DNA of 36,677 nucleotides from Stramenopiles sp. TOSAG23-2 (Eukaryota): NCBI GenBank assembly GCA_900128395.1, contig LT649335.1, positions 1 to 36,677 of the forward strand, read 5' to 3'. Shown piece by piece: positions 19,520 to 30,776 of this stretch (position 1 is its first letter; each line of letters starts with the position of its first letter). The notes under the pieces were generated by a model. It saw only the letters and a program-made list of their open reading frames with translations, ran no database searches and was not told where the DNA came from. The position numbers and the translations under genes were made by a program.

Positions 19520-22500
19520 ATGCGTATAATGATTTGGGTGTTTTTATTATTGTTTCTCAGCAACACATACGCCACGGAATGGGATTGTACAGGCACGTCA
19601 AACACTGGGACATTTCAACGTAGTACAGGTTGTACTATTTCTGGTACTTCTACTACTAACGGCGGTGGTGTGGTTGTTACAAATACGTTAGAAATTGTTG
19701 GTACGGTGGAGGATATGAATAATTTAATTGTTATTACCGCTCCAAGTAAGCAACGCCATTTTTATATAAATGGTGTGAACGATAAGTTGGTATTGCGTTA
19801 CCTGAAATTGATAGGTGGGGATGTTAGTAGTAATAGTGATAATAATGAAGGTGGATCAATATGTATTGATACAAGTGGTACATTACTCCTTTACTCGTCC
19901 ATCATTGCTAATAATCAAGCTGGTTGGGGTGGTGGGATATATGCAAAGGGTGATTCAAGTTTTTATTATTCAAGTAAAAAGACGAATGTAAGAATAAATC
20001 AAAGTATTATTGCTAGAAATAAAGCAGATGACAGTGCTGGACTTTATATATCTGATAGTAATTGTGTACTAGTACGTACAGAAATTAGTAGCAACATAGC
20101 ATCAAAACAAAGTGGAGGCCTGTCACTTGCAGCTACTTATAATACTGGTGGTCAAAGTACTATGACTGTTGATATACGCGAGACAACTTTTACAGCAAAT
20201 AATGGTAATAATCAACAAGGAAATGAAATATATACCTATGGCATGCCAACCATCTCCATCGTCAATACACTGTTTAACCAACCAGTTGATAGTAATAATA
20301 ATTTTTTTGAAGATGGTGAGAGTCCTTTGTACGCAACATGGAACACATGTGCAAATAACGTATGCACGGACACACCATTCACTGGCACATGCATTGCCGT
20401 AAATAATGCAAATACTAAATATGGTGTGTTATGTCACTATAACAACAATTATATCAATAAATGTTCTCCAGGTACATCATTAATATTAGATGGTGCACAA
20501 ACGGGTTGTAACCCATGCAATGCTGGAACATACGAAGATGAATCAGGCCAAGGAACGTGCAAGAATTGTAATCCCGGGAAATTTGCAACGGAAAAAGGCC
20601 AGTCGACATGTGCCAAATGCGGCGAAGGAACAAAAAGCTCTGTAGGAAGTGCAAATTGCACTGCATGTCCTCGAAATACATACACGACTGACCAGATAAA
20701 TTGTTTATCTTGCCCGGTAGGCAAAGTTTCACCACTTGGGTCAGCAATTTGCTATGATTTAGATAGTATGCTACAAAATGTACAATCGTTAAGTGCACAA
20801 CAAGGTGGCATCATCAAAGCCGTTGCATTATCGAACGCAAAATCCAACGAAGTGAAGGAAAAAGCAAATGGTTTGGTGGCGAAGTTGTCACTGGATTGGG
20901 CAACTCAGGATGTTATTAACGAAGCACAGCGATTACGCAATCAACTATCATCGTTACCAGAATACAATGTGAAACATCACTGCGAGCAAGAAAAAAAACG
21001 TCTGGCTTATGGTGTGTTGAGAACAGGTGTAATAGTACCAACAAATGCAGAAATTGATGATAAATACTGTTTAAATGAAAACCGTGACCGTTTAATTAGT
21101 TCATTTTGTAATTTTCGTCCACGATTTATTAAATTACTACAAGAAAAATTGTACCCAAGGTTAGCATCCATCCCAAAATACACAGGTCGTGATTTATGGC
21201 CAAATATATGCTGCAGGAAAGATAATTTTCAACATCTAAAGACGTGCAACGACCCCTCAGGAAAAGTTCCACGTAGTCACATTGTACCGTTTGCATTGGC
21301 ACAAGGTGGTAATATAACGGTAGACAATTTATATGGTGAAATAGTTGATATCTTAAAATTGAAGGGATACTTGCAACAAGGTATGAGCAAAGCAGTAGAG
21401 GGTATAAAAGATGGTGATAAATTAAAACAAAAAGTAAACAATTTATTCGAAACAACGTTGCTATGTGGTCCACGTGAATTTGGTTTGCCAACAAATGAAG
21501 CAATTCGATTGTGTGAGCTATTTTATCCATATGAACATATGTTAGCAACATATTACAATGAAGTAAATGCATTATTAGAACCGTTGCAGCGTAGAAGGAG
21601 AAGAATGCTAGGAGTATGGTCAGGTATAACAAACTTAATGAGTCGTGCAAGTGCATTTGTGTTTGGTGGTGGTGATGAAGCAGATGATAATGACCAAGCT
21701 GATATGATACGAAAATTACAAGATGAAATGGAGATGTTGAAAAAGAAAGATGCAATATCACACAATAAAATTATGCATTTAGAAAAGAAAGATGCAGTAT
21801 TAGAAAAGAAAGATGCAATATCACGTAATGAAATCCAAGTTTTGAAACAGAAAGATGCAATATTAGAGAAGAAAGATGCAATATCGCGCCAAAAATTTCA
21901 ACGTCTGGAAAAGAAAGATGCAAAATCACATAATGAGATTCAAGATTTGAAACAGAAAGATGCTATCTTACAGTTCCAATCAAACAAAACAAACACCTTT
22001 CTAGCCATCTTAAAACGCAATGGTGTTCCAAAACGCCGATTAGGGAGTGTTGATGCGCTATGCCCATTTGTTACCATGAGCGACGTATCTGAGTATGAAA
22101 AAGATATTGATACCTTTTGCACGGGGTATGCACATATTGATTTAAATCATCCAGGGACAGTAATCAACTTAGCAATCATGACGCCATGGGATATACCACC
22201 AGAGATGATTCCAGAATTAAGAGAAAAAGCCCGCTATGAAATTTCAGACGACTGCCCAACACCAATGTTTACCGCAAACGATATTTCGCTACAAAATATT
22301 GACGGTACAGATTTGTTTGTTGTACAATTGGATGCTACCTCAACCAATGGATACTTAAGAAAAGAATTACCACAGTGCGGTGCAGCAAACAATATAGCAC
22401 TCAGACCACATATACCAAAGACAACCATTGATGTGAAAATATGGCGCGACCATGAAGATTGCTGCAAAGATACAAAAGATTACAAAGTATGCAAAGCAAT

Positions 22501-22708
22501 TAAATGTTTGCCTACCGATGGCCCAAATGGTATTGAACCTGTAAAGGATGCATGGACAAAGCAACAAGTAGGTTATCATTATAAGGTGATTGGTACCACC
22601 TATACAGCAACCTGTGATAACAAACCAAATAGCAAACCATGTGGTAGTAATGCTAGAAGAAGAAGCTTACTTCAACTGGAATATGGAAATAGTGGGGATA
22701 GGTTGTAA
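19520..22708 (+). CDS. Large secreted protein (1062 aa): signal peptide, pectin-lyase-like/Pmp-type beta-helix, GCC2/GCC3 (ephrin-receptor-like) Cys repeats, Cys-containing helical region, KKDA coiled-coil repeats, Cys-rich C-terminus
   Basis: Signal peptide MRIMIWVFLLLFLSNTYA, GGSICI and NNQAGWGGGIY repeats, CxxCxxG(T/K)(Y/F) repeats at ~20462-20752, and polybasic motifs RRRRRML, KRRL and RRRSLL. Confidence 0.9.
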   Translation: MRIMIWVFLLLFLSNTYATEWDCTGTSNTGTFQRSTGCTISGTSTTNGGGVVVTNTLEIVGTVEDMNNLIVITAPSKQRHFYINGVNDKLVLRYLKLIGGDVSSNSDNNEGGSICIDTSGTLLLYSSIIANNQAGWGGGIYAKGDSSFYYSSKKTNVRINQSIIARNKADDSAGLYISDSNCVLVRTEISSNIASKQSGGLSLAATYNTGGQSTMTVDIRETTFTANNGNNQQGNEIYTYGMPTISIVNTLFNQPVDSNNNFFEDGESPLYATWNTCANNVCTDTPFTGTCIAVNNANTKYGVLCHYNNNYINKCSPGTSLILDGAQTGCNPCNAGTYEDESGQGTCKNCNPGKFATEKGQSTCAKCGEGTKSSVGSANCTACPRNTYTTDQINCLSCPVGKVSPLGSAICYDLDSMLQNVQSLSAQQGGIIKAVALSNAKSNEVKEKANGLVAKLSLDWATQDVINEAQRLRNQLSSLPEYNVKHHCEQEKKRLAYGVLRTGVIVPTNAEIDDKYCLNENRDRLISSFCNFRPRFIKLLQEKLYPRLASIPKYTGRDLWPNICCRKDNFQHLKTCNDPSGKVPRSHIVPFALAQGGNITVDNLYGEIVDILKLKGYLQQGMSKAVEGIKDGDKLKQKVNNLFETTLLCGPREFGLPTNEAIRLCELFYPYEHMLATYYNEVNALLEPLQRRRRRMLGVWSGITNLMSRASAFVFGGGDEADDNDQADMIRKLQDEMEMLKKKDAISHNKIMHLEKKDAVLEKKDAISRNEIQVLKQKDAILEKKDAISRQKFQRLEKKDAKSHNEIQDLKQKDAILQFQSNKTNTFLAILKRNGVPKRRLGSVDALCPFVTMSDVSEYEKDIDTFCTGYAHIDLNHPGTVINLAIMTPWDIPPEMIPELREKARYEISDDCPTPMFTANDISLQNIDGTDLFVVQLDATSTNGYLRKELPQCGAANNIALRPHIPKTTIDVKIWRDHEDCCKDTKDYKVCKAIKCLPTDGPNGIEPVKDAWTKQQVGYHYKVIGTTYTATCDNKPNSKPCGSNARRRSLLQLEYGNSGDRL

Positions 22709-22831
22709 AATTGGATAAATATAATATTTCATTTTAGCTTGTTTTTACACAATCTAAATCTAAAAAATCAAACCCGGTGTGTTGTTTTAAGGGTATTAAA
22801 ATTAATAAGGTAAGAATAGCATATTAGTATG

Positions 22832-23052
22832 ATTAAAATCATGAAAACAAATATCAATGTTTACCTTAAGTTATGATATATCACGGAAGAACTGATTGAC
22901 CGGAAAAGCATCGAAAGAGCGTCTAGCTAACGCGTACGTACATTAAAATCATGAAAACAAATATCAATGTTTACCTTAAGTTATGATATATCACGGAAGA
23001 ACTGATTGACCGGAAAAGCATCGAAAGAGCGTCTAGCTAACGCGTACGTACA
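22832..23052. repeat. Exact tandem duplication, 110-bp period
   Basis: 22832-22941 is identical to 22942-23051. Confidence 0.97.
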
Positions 23053-23164
23053 ATAAAAAAATGGTATATACTTTAAAATCTTTTATCTTTCATACATCAT
23101 ACTTAATAACAATTGCTTACTCTGCCATATCTTCTACGTAAAAGTTAGTATCATAACAAATATT

Positions 23165-25054
23165 TTATTGATCCACCACAACCATCTCCTCCTCCTCCTC
23201 TAAGCCTACCGTCCAATCATAATTATCCCATACTTCCTCTAACATAGCATATGCTGGAATTTTACTTTTTAACTTGATACATGCTAAAAATGCACCAGAT
23301 AATTTTCGATGTAATGCATATGTTTCCTTTGGCGGTGGCTGTAGCCGATCACGACCAATCGTTGGTAAATGACCAGTTACACGTGATGTTAAACCTTCCG
23401 TTTGACCAAATTGAAAATGATTACCATCTACAATATTATTATCTTTACAAAATGGCTCACCAACTACCATTCCAGCAGCAACATGTGCTTCAATCATTTC
23501 ATCACTTTCCTTTCCACTTAAAAATCCAGCATTAATTGACGCATCAATAAACATATTTTCATCTTTAATTGCAGCACCCCATACCATTCTCAAATATTCA
23601 TTTACGAAACGTTTTGGAAATGAACGCGCAGCACCAAAATCAATTAAATAACAAATATTTTCCTCCTCATCATATAAAAAATTAGACCAATTTGGATCAG
23701 TTTGCATATAATTCCAAGTAAATAATTCTGTCAACGTTAATCGCAATAATCCTCGACCAACATTGTCTCGCGTGATTTGATCCATGGAACTTACTTGGTC
23801 GATAGGAACACCAGGGACAAATTCAGTCGTCAAGACTTTTCTTCCACTTAATTCTGGATATACATTCGGTACTACAAATTGTACACGTTCTTGCGGTTGA
23901 TTTTTTTTATAATTATTATCATCAATCATCGATAAAATTGGATCCTTTTCAATTAAATCTTTGTATATTTGCTGGCATTCTATTTCATATGTATAATCAC
24001 ATTCTAATTTTAATTCTTTCCTTGCAACGTCCATAGCTTTATCAATGTATAAACCTTTTGGAACCAAATTTGTCAATCGGACAACGCGCATTAAATTGTT
24101 CACATCGCTATCAATACTATCTGCAACTCCTGGATATTGCACCTTCACCGCAACTTCATTTGTACGTCGCATGATACCATCTTGTTCAAATAATTCTTCC
24201 ATATAACTATCATTTAAACGGCCATAATGTACTTGTCCTAATGATGCAGCAGCAATTGGTATTTCTTCAAAATGTGAAAATTTACTATTATTATTATTAT
24301 TATTATCTGTATCCTCTAAAGAATCATTTTCGGTTGTTGCTTTTGATACAATCCATTTATCTCCAAGTTCTTCATTCAATACTCCTTTTAATTGATTTAT
24401 TGGCATACGATCGGCACCTTCACGTACACGTTCTAATGCTTTTGTAAATTCAGGTGGGAAAATATTTTCATCTTGAATACTAAGCATTTGCCCTAGTTTC
24501 AACGCAGCACCACGCATACGGCATAATGTTGATGCTAATATTTCAACATTTTGTTCAGATTTTGCAGAACCTGATGTTATCGTCCCAAGTGCTAATCTAG
24601 CAGCTAACGTACCAAAACCAAATACACGTGATAATTGTGTTGATGGAATTTTTGAATCAGATAAATTTGGATTGTGTAATGTTTTGTCTTGATATTGACG
24701 ACGATATGTTCGAGTTATTTTCTGTTCTTTTATTATATTATCATTATTTTTCAAATTGGAATCATCATCGTGTATTTTATCATGCTTTTGTGTGTTATTA
24801 TTTCTCATATTGATATTATCACGTTGTTTCTCGTATTTTTGATCATAATTATTCATATCAATATTGATATTATTATTACCATTATTATTATTTGTTACAT
24901 TATCATTAATATTACTTATTATTTTCTCCATGTTTGGTACCCACGTAAATCGTGGATCTTGTTTTGTTAATTTTGTAAATTCTTTTAATACCAACGATGC
25001 ACTCCGTATCAACCTAGGGACATCTTGCCCATTGATTGTTGGCGGTGGCTTCAT
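23165..25054 (-). CDS. COQ8: UbiB/ABC1-family atypical kinase COQ8 (ADCK3/4-like), coenzyme Q biosynthesis
   Basis: [18 protein letters not shown] (KxGQ), [60 protein letters not shown]. Confidence 0.96.
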   Translation of the reverse strand: MKPPPTINGQDVPRLIRSASLVLKEFTKLTKQDPRFTWVPNMEKIISNINDNVTNNNNGNNNINIDMNNYDQKYEKQRDNINMRNNNTQKHDKIHDDDSNLKNNDNIIKEQKITRTYRRQYQDKTLHNPNLSDSKIPSTQLSRVFGFGTLAARLALGTITSGSAKSEQNVEILASTLCRMRGAALKLGQMLSIQDENIFPPEFTKALERVREGADRMPINQLKGVLNEELGDKWIVSKATTENDSLEDTDNNNNNNSKFSHFEEIPIAAASLGQVHYGRLNDSYMEELFEQDGIMRRTNEVAVKVQYPGVADSIDSDVNNLMRVVRLTNLVPKGLYIDKAMDVARKELKLECDYTYEIECQQIYKDLIEKDPILSMIDDNNYKKNQPQERVQFVVPNVYPELSGRKVLTTEFVPGVPIDQVSSMDQITRDNVGRGLLRLTLTELFTWNYMQTDPNWSNFLYDEEENICYLIDFGAARSFPKRFVNEYLRMVWGAAIKDENMFIDASINAGFLSGKESDEMIEAHVAAGMVVGEPFCKDNNIVDGNHFQFGQTEGLTSRVTGHLPTIGRDRLQPPPKETYALHRKLSGAFLACIKLKSKIPAYAMLEEVWDNYDWTVGLEEEEEMVVVDQ

Positions 25055-25072
25055 ATTTTATTAATTCTTGTT

Positions 25073-25302
25073 TATATATATATATATATAACGTTCTTGA
25101 TTTTTATTCTATCCTACTATTATATATACAATGTACATTCTTTTGTTTCATTTGTTTCAACAATTTCTTTTCTTTTTTTGTATATATATATATATATATA
25201 ACGTTCTTGATTTTTATTCTATCCTACTATTATATATACAATGTACATTCTTTTGTTTCATTTGTTTCAACAATTTCTTTTCTTTTTTTGTATATATATA
25301 TA
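25073..25302. repeat. Tandem duplication, 110-bp period, bounded by (TA)n tracts, immediately 5' of COQ8
   Basis: acgttcttgatttttattc...tctttttttgtatatata starts at 25091 and at 25201. Confidence 0.95.
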
Positions 25303-25937
25303 GTTCTTGTTTGATCGAAGAATAAAATACGCTTTTTTAAGTGTTATTATTTGTTTGGTGTATTTGGTTTAAGTGAAATCAATAATCAATGAGTATTTTG
25401 ATATTCTAACTTACCTTTCAAGTATAAGTTATTGGTTCTTTCATAGCGTAAAATCGAGGCCATTGATCTACTAGGTATATACCATTACCATATAGCATAG
25501 CATACATATACCATCATACTATACCATTGTAAATATTTGATACATATATATATAGTAATTATATTTAGTATAAGAGAAGTACGAAATGCACGAGACATAA
25601 ACACAGTAAACACACCACTAGAACAACACAAGAAAAAAAATGATGAACGATGAACGCGAAAAAAAAAAACAACCCCACAAGAAATCCGTTTGCCAAAACA
25701 AGAAGAAGTGCCAATTTATTAATTAATATTTTAATAAAAAAAAAGATTTGTTTAGCTATACACTCAATACATGACATATCGCACCAATTGTTGTTCGTAT
25801 ACTAATTGTTAATTTATATATAAATAGTCTTACAATATTATTGTAATAAATAATATTAAGTATTATTGTTGAACATATATATATATATATATATATATAA
25901 ATAGTTAGAATTTATCATATTATATATATATATAAAT

Positions 25938-28502
25938 ATGTCCAAACCACCATCTGCAACATTATCATATAATACACCATGGCCACCACAAAATGATTTA
26001 GTAGAGGAACGAATACAAGAAAAAATGATGCAAATCAAAATGGGTAATGCAAAGACTGAACTTAGATTTTTAGAACGTGAACTAGAACGTTTACAAGATA
26101 TGGGATTAGATGATATATCAAAATATGCTGGTAAACGTTTTTTTGACCCAAGAGCTGTATTAAAAGGTAGTAATAATAAAATGAAAAAAATGAAAAGAAG
26201 AAAGAAACGACGTGGTGGTGGTGGTGGGGAAGATGGAGATGTATTACCCGGAATAAAATCACCATTACGTAGTCCTTCGGGAGCTGCGCGTATGTTAGGC
26301 GCTGCAGAAAGTGAATGGCATCGACGTTTAAGAGTACAAAAAGAAAAGGAAGCAAATGAACGTCAATTAATGGCACGTGCAGATGCAGAAGGTAGACAAT
26401 TTAATGTATATTTATTAGAACAAGATAAAATTAAGGATGAGCAAAAATTTGTATATTATGCTGGTAAATTTGGTCCATTAGATGGATTAACGTATGTATC
26501 ATCTACACGTCCAGGAAGATTATATGAATCTATATTAAGTGATGCATGTCGAGTTGTACAGAAATGGTGGCGTGATATTGGCCCACAGCGCATGTTGCGA
26601 AAACAAGAAGCGGCAAATTTCATGCAAAAATTATACCGGGGAAGAAAAGGACGTGAGACGTTTGTAAATGAACAAAAAGTAAAAAAAAGCTTAAAAAAAC
26701 TATTTAATCGTGTAGCATCCGCTGCTATGGAACAATGGCGATATCAAGTACGAACACGAAAAGGAACAAGACGATTATTACGTAATCGTTTAATGGGTGC
26801 AAAATCTGAAACGTTTGAAGCGTGGTCGGGTTTAGTAAAAGAAATTGTAAAACATCGTAATGAAAATATAGCACCTGCATTAAAACGTATTAAATTAAGA
26901 AGAACCAATGCAGCATGGTTGAAATGGATAGAATTGCATGAGCAAAATTTACAGATAAAACGTTTAATGCGTCGTAGTTTTAGTGGTGTTAAGCAATATT
27001 TTTTTGAATTGTGGTGTGATCGCGTAGAGGAAATAGTGGAAGAGAAAGCTAGGACATTTGCAATGCGAACTGATAAAGCTACTTTGATACAAAAAACATG
27101 GCGTGGACAACATGATCGAAATCATAAAGTACGTATTAAACAATATAAACGCAATAATTATGTAAACGAGGAACGAAGAGATTTAAATAGACGCCAAGTA
27201 CGCCATAATCATGTAACAACACAAAATGAAGAAGTGTTGAGATTAAAACGGGAACAAGAATATGTAGATAAATATGTAAAAGAGGAAGCGAAAAATTTTA
27301 ATAAAATGATTAAAACTAGAAGATGGAAAAAACATTTTGCAAAGAATATGAAAAATTACAACGAAAATAAAGAACGTGAAAAATGGTTACATGATGCTCA
27401 TATTGAAGCGATTATAGAGTTTCGTGAAACGGATCCACCATTTACGGAATGTCCAAAATGTTTAATGTCGTTTGTTTCTGATACGTTATTTCGTTCCCAT
27501 GTTTGTGAACATGGTAATAATGCTACGGTAGAAAGTAATATATTAATAAAGAAATCGAGTTTATGGGAACCATATCATAAAGAATTAATTGAAGATGAAA
27601 TTGAACGAAGAAATAGTTCAAGAGGAAAACGTTGGATGAAACGATTACGAAAATCTTTTTCAATCAGCGGTGATAAGAAAAAGCGAAGAAGTATGGAACA
27701 TGATACTGGGTTTATGATTCGTGGAAATACAAATGCAAGTATTATACAATTTGCAGATGATGATGAGGAGGATGATGTTAGCAGTACTATTCATACAACT
27801 GAACATAATGTTGATTTTCCATTAACTATTAAACGCTTAGAAGATGAAATTCAAACACAAAAAGACGAAATGAAAACCATTTTAACAAAACATAATAGGG
27901 AAATAACAATGATGAAAACTCAATTACGATCATCACATCAAGATAAAATCAAAGCAGAGGAAAGTGCAAAGGAATCAAAGAAATTAATGGAAAAATTATT
28001 ACGACAAGTAAAAGAATTAGAGAATGAAAATAGTCGTTTAGGTGGTAAAGTTCCAAAATTTGATATTGAAAAAGAAATTGAGGATGAAGTTGCAGCGAAA
28101 CAACGACAATCACTTTTGGAAAGTGAATCGGATGATGAAACCAAACGTGATCTTCAAAGAGCATTATATCAAAAATCTAAATCTACGATTGGATCACATC
28201 TTGGAAAATCAAATTTAAAACCAAAGCAACGAAACATTATGAATTCAAAATCAAAAAAATCCAAACCAAGTGCAAGGGGTAATATTGTGAATATCCAAAA
28301 GATCCAACGTCCATTAACACCTGTTGATAGGGAGACTATGACTTATGCAGCTACAGAAATACAGAAAGTTGCAAGAGGATGGAATATTCGTAAAAAACCT
28401 ATATTGCAATGGGGTGATTTTTCAAGTGATAGTGGTTCTGTAGAACAATTGAATGTATCTGATTTGAATAGCACAAAGAAGGAATTGTTGCCAGTGACGT
28501 GA
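25938..28502 (+). CDS. IQ-motif, Trp-spaced helical (Sfi1-like) and coiled-coil protein (854 aa)
   Basis: IQ motifs VQKWWR, MQKLYRGRKGR, IQKTWRG and IQKVARGW. Periodic Trp motifs FEAW, WLKW and FELW. CPKC-x12-HVC zinc-finger-like motif. Confidence 0.88.
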   Translation: MSKPPSATLSYNTPWPPQNDLVEERIQEKMMQIKMGNAKTELRFLERELERLQDMGLDDISKYAGKRFFDPRAVLKGSNNKMKKMKRRKKRRGGGGGEDGDVLPGIKSPLRSPSGAARMLGAAESEWHRRLRVQKEKEANERQLMARADAEGRQFNVYLLEQDKIKDEQKFVYYAGKFGPLDGLTYVSSTRPGRLYESILSDACRVVQKWWRDIGPQRMLRKQEAANFMQKLYRGRKGRETFVNEQKVKKSLKKLFNRVASAAMEQWRYQVRTRKGTRRLLRNRLMGAKSETFEAWSGLVKEIVKHRNENIAPALKRIKLRRTNAAWLKWIELHEQNLQIKRLMRRSFSGVKQYFFELWCDRVEEIVEEKARTFAMRTDKATLIQKTWRGQHDRNHKVRIKQYKRNNYVNEERRDLNRRQVRHNHVTTQNEEVLRLKREQEYVDKYVKEEAKNFNKMIKTRRWKKHFAKNMKNYNENKEREKWLHDAHIEAIIEFRETDPPFTECPKCLMSFVSDTLFRSHVCEHGNNATVESNILIKKSSLWEPYHKELIEDEIERRNSSRGKRWMKRLRKSFSISGDKKKRRSMEHDTGFMIRGNTNASIIQFADDDEEDDVSSTIHTTEHNVDFPLTIKRLEDEIQTQKDEMKTILTKHNREITMMKTQLRSSHQDKIKAEESAKESKKLMEKLLRQVKELENENSRLGGKVPKFDIEKEIEDEVAAKQRQSLLESESDDETKRDLQRALYQKSKSTIGSHLGKSNLKPKQRNIMNSKSKKSKPSARGNIVNIQKIQRPLTPVDRETMTYAATEIQKVARGWNIRKKPILQWGDFSSDSGSVEQLNVSDLNSTKKELLPVT

Positions 28503-28786
28503 AAGAGGTGTGTGTGAACTGCTCGTTGTGATTATGCATATATATGTTTTGTCAATTGGAAGTTTTAGTCCTCTGAAGAGTGTTCTGAGAAATGTGTGTG
28601 TATGTGAGAGTGCATTTTTAAAAACACACCACGCTACGAAAATTTTAACCTAATCTTATAATTATATGATCTGATGTGGAGTTGCAACGCAAATCTCTTC
28701 TTTTATTTTACAAACTCGTAAAAAATTACGGCGAAAAATTTGTGCTTAATATCACTGGCACATATCATGAATTTCGTTGTCTTGCT

Positions 28787-29137
28787 CTAAAAACCGTAAT
28801 TAGATTTATTACCATAGAGACCTCTTGTTTGAATGGAAACAGCCCATTCACCCGCTTTTGCGACTGATCGTTTCTGCCCTAGTTTCCCTACAGTCGTTGC
28901 TGAATGTTCCTTGGTCGGGTGATAAAACGCGCTCATAACTGTACCATTCCACAGTCCCCATGTCCCATCCAGTTCAGAGAGATAAATACAGCCTTGCTCC
29001 GGTTGCTGTACAACAATAGATGTTGAATTCCTTAGCGAATCCAACCATGCTGCTGCAGTTTTTCCAGTTTCAGACGCGAGTTTCGCTGCAAGTTGTTCCA
29101 ATAATGGAATTGCAATTCCTTTGATCATTTTAGCCAT
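28787..29137 (-). CDS. Lactococcin 972-family bacteriocin-like protein (116 aa)
   Basis: C-terminal DGTW...SAFYHPTKEHSATTVG...AKAGEWAVS...GNKSNY matches the family pattern GTW...SxYxHxxKxHSATV...AGxWA. ATG start and TAG stop. About 44% GC by hand count. Confidence 0.8.
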   Translation of the reverse strand: MAKMIKGIAIPLLEQLAAKLASETGKTAAAWLDSLRNSTSIVVQQPEQGCIYLSELDGTWGLWNGTVMSAFYHPTKEHSATTVGKLGQKRSVAKAGEWAVSIQTRGLYGNKSNYGF

Positions 29138-29731
29138 ATGCTTTTTATAATTCGAATAATATTTTGTTGTGAGTGTGCGTGTTCTTACTTAAATTTTTTG
29201 TTTTAATTTGATCTCTTGTATGATTTCGATAAAGTACCTAGTATAATATTTTATATTTTCCGAATAATCACAGTGTAGAGCGATTCTAGAACTATATATA
29301 TATACCTTTTTTGATCATCGTCATCAACAAAGGTAATAGTATTCTGATGCTAATTTTTAGAACAAGTTACCTTAAGTGAAAAGAGTGCTTTGTAAAAAAT
29401 GAACTCCGCGCCATATTAATATAGTCAACATATGAGACAGTACAAGGTAAAATTGAGAAGGATGCACATTGTACAGCAAAACCTTGAATGTTCATATAGA
29501 ATTATATTTCGGTAATACTGTACTCCTAGTAAAAGGCAAGATATAATATCATACTAAATCCTTAAATGTATTAATCTAAAAAAATAGAACCATACACTAT
29601 TGTAATAATAAAATACCACACAGGAAAAGATTAAGATTATTTTCTTTTTATAACCACACGCTATCATATCTCAATTAATTTTACTCCCACGTCCCACGAT
29701 GCAAAACACACCAGTCACCTTGGAGATTACC

Positions 29732-29938
29732 TATACATTTTTTTACATGTTCTCAATTTTCCTGCAATATACGTAAATCTTTGATTGTAAATGAACTTAA
29801 AATTGATTCAGGCAAATGGTCAGGTACACGACCTTATACATTTTTTTACATGTTCTCAATTTTCCTGCAATATACGTAAATCTTTGATTGTAAATGAACT
29901 TAAAATTGATTCAGGCAAATGTTCAGGTACACGACCTT
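29732..29938. repeat. Tandem duplication, 103-bp period, spanning the stop codon of the DUF1336 gene
   Basis: 29732-29834 vs 29835-29937 differ by one substitution (ggtc/gttc). Confidence 0.95.
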
Positions 29939-30738
29939 CAATAAAAAATGCCATATCAATAACAGCATTATTTAAAACACTTTCATCGTCCGTTTGTAAA
30001 ATACTGTAATAAAAATTACGCATTGCATATGAGAATTTATATGCATCAACTGTAACAACAATTTTATCATTTGGATAAACATCTCGCTGAGCTGAACCAT
30101 ATGAAAGAAATGGCTTTCCATTATATTGTCTAATCAATTGATTTCCAACCATACCGATATCTACTGTTTCTGGATTTCGCAATTTAATTATAGTTTTCCA
30201 ATGATCATATAAAGGATCATGTGGTTGTATCCATGTTTTTAGCAAGGATGAGATGTTATTATCATTATTGGATAAAATATGTTGCTTTGTCTGATCTGTT
30301 AATTTGAAGTAAACTAATAAATGTATCGATGGACTATTTTCTTTTGTAGTTGTTGACCATACGGATGGCTGTTCCACTGGTAAAATTTGATGAAGTAATA
30401 AAATATTAGGCAATGTGCTAGTCATCCCTTTAAATTCATCAGCATCATCATTGTCATTATTATCACTATTAACTTTATTTTGTTCATTTATCACCGATTC
30501 AGGTAAACCTTCAATATTATGTATGTCAATTGTTTCACCAGCATTTGTACGTCTTACAGTGAGATATAATGGCTCGTATAATGATGGGCTTGATGATACT
30601 TTGACTTTATAATCTACATGTTGTTTATCTAAATAATGTTTACCACGTATTTGAAAAATTTCATTAGATGGTGACCATTGTTGTAAATTATTATTATTAG
30701 TATTATTGTTGTTGTTTTCATCGATTGAAATAATATTG

Positions 30739-30776
<38 letters not shown>

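Noticed and set aside
23281-23535. 84-aa plus-strand ORF sharing a peptide with the kinase C-terminus
   Set aside because: It is the antisense frame of COQ8. The shared peptide only reflects the 80-bp DNA copy.
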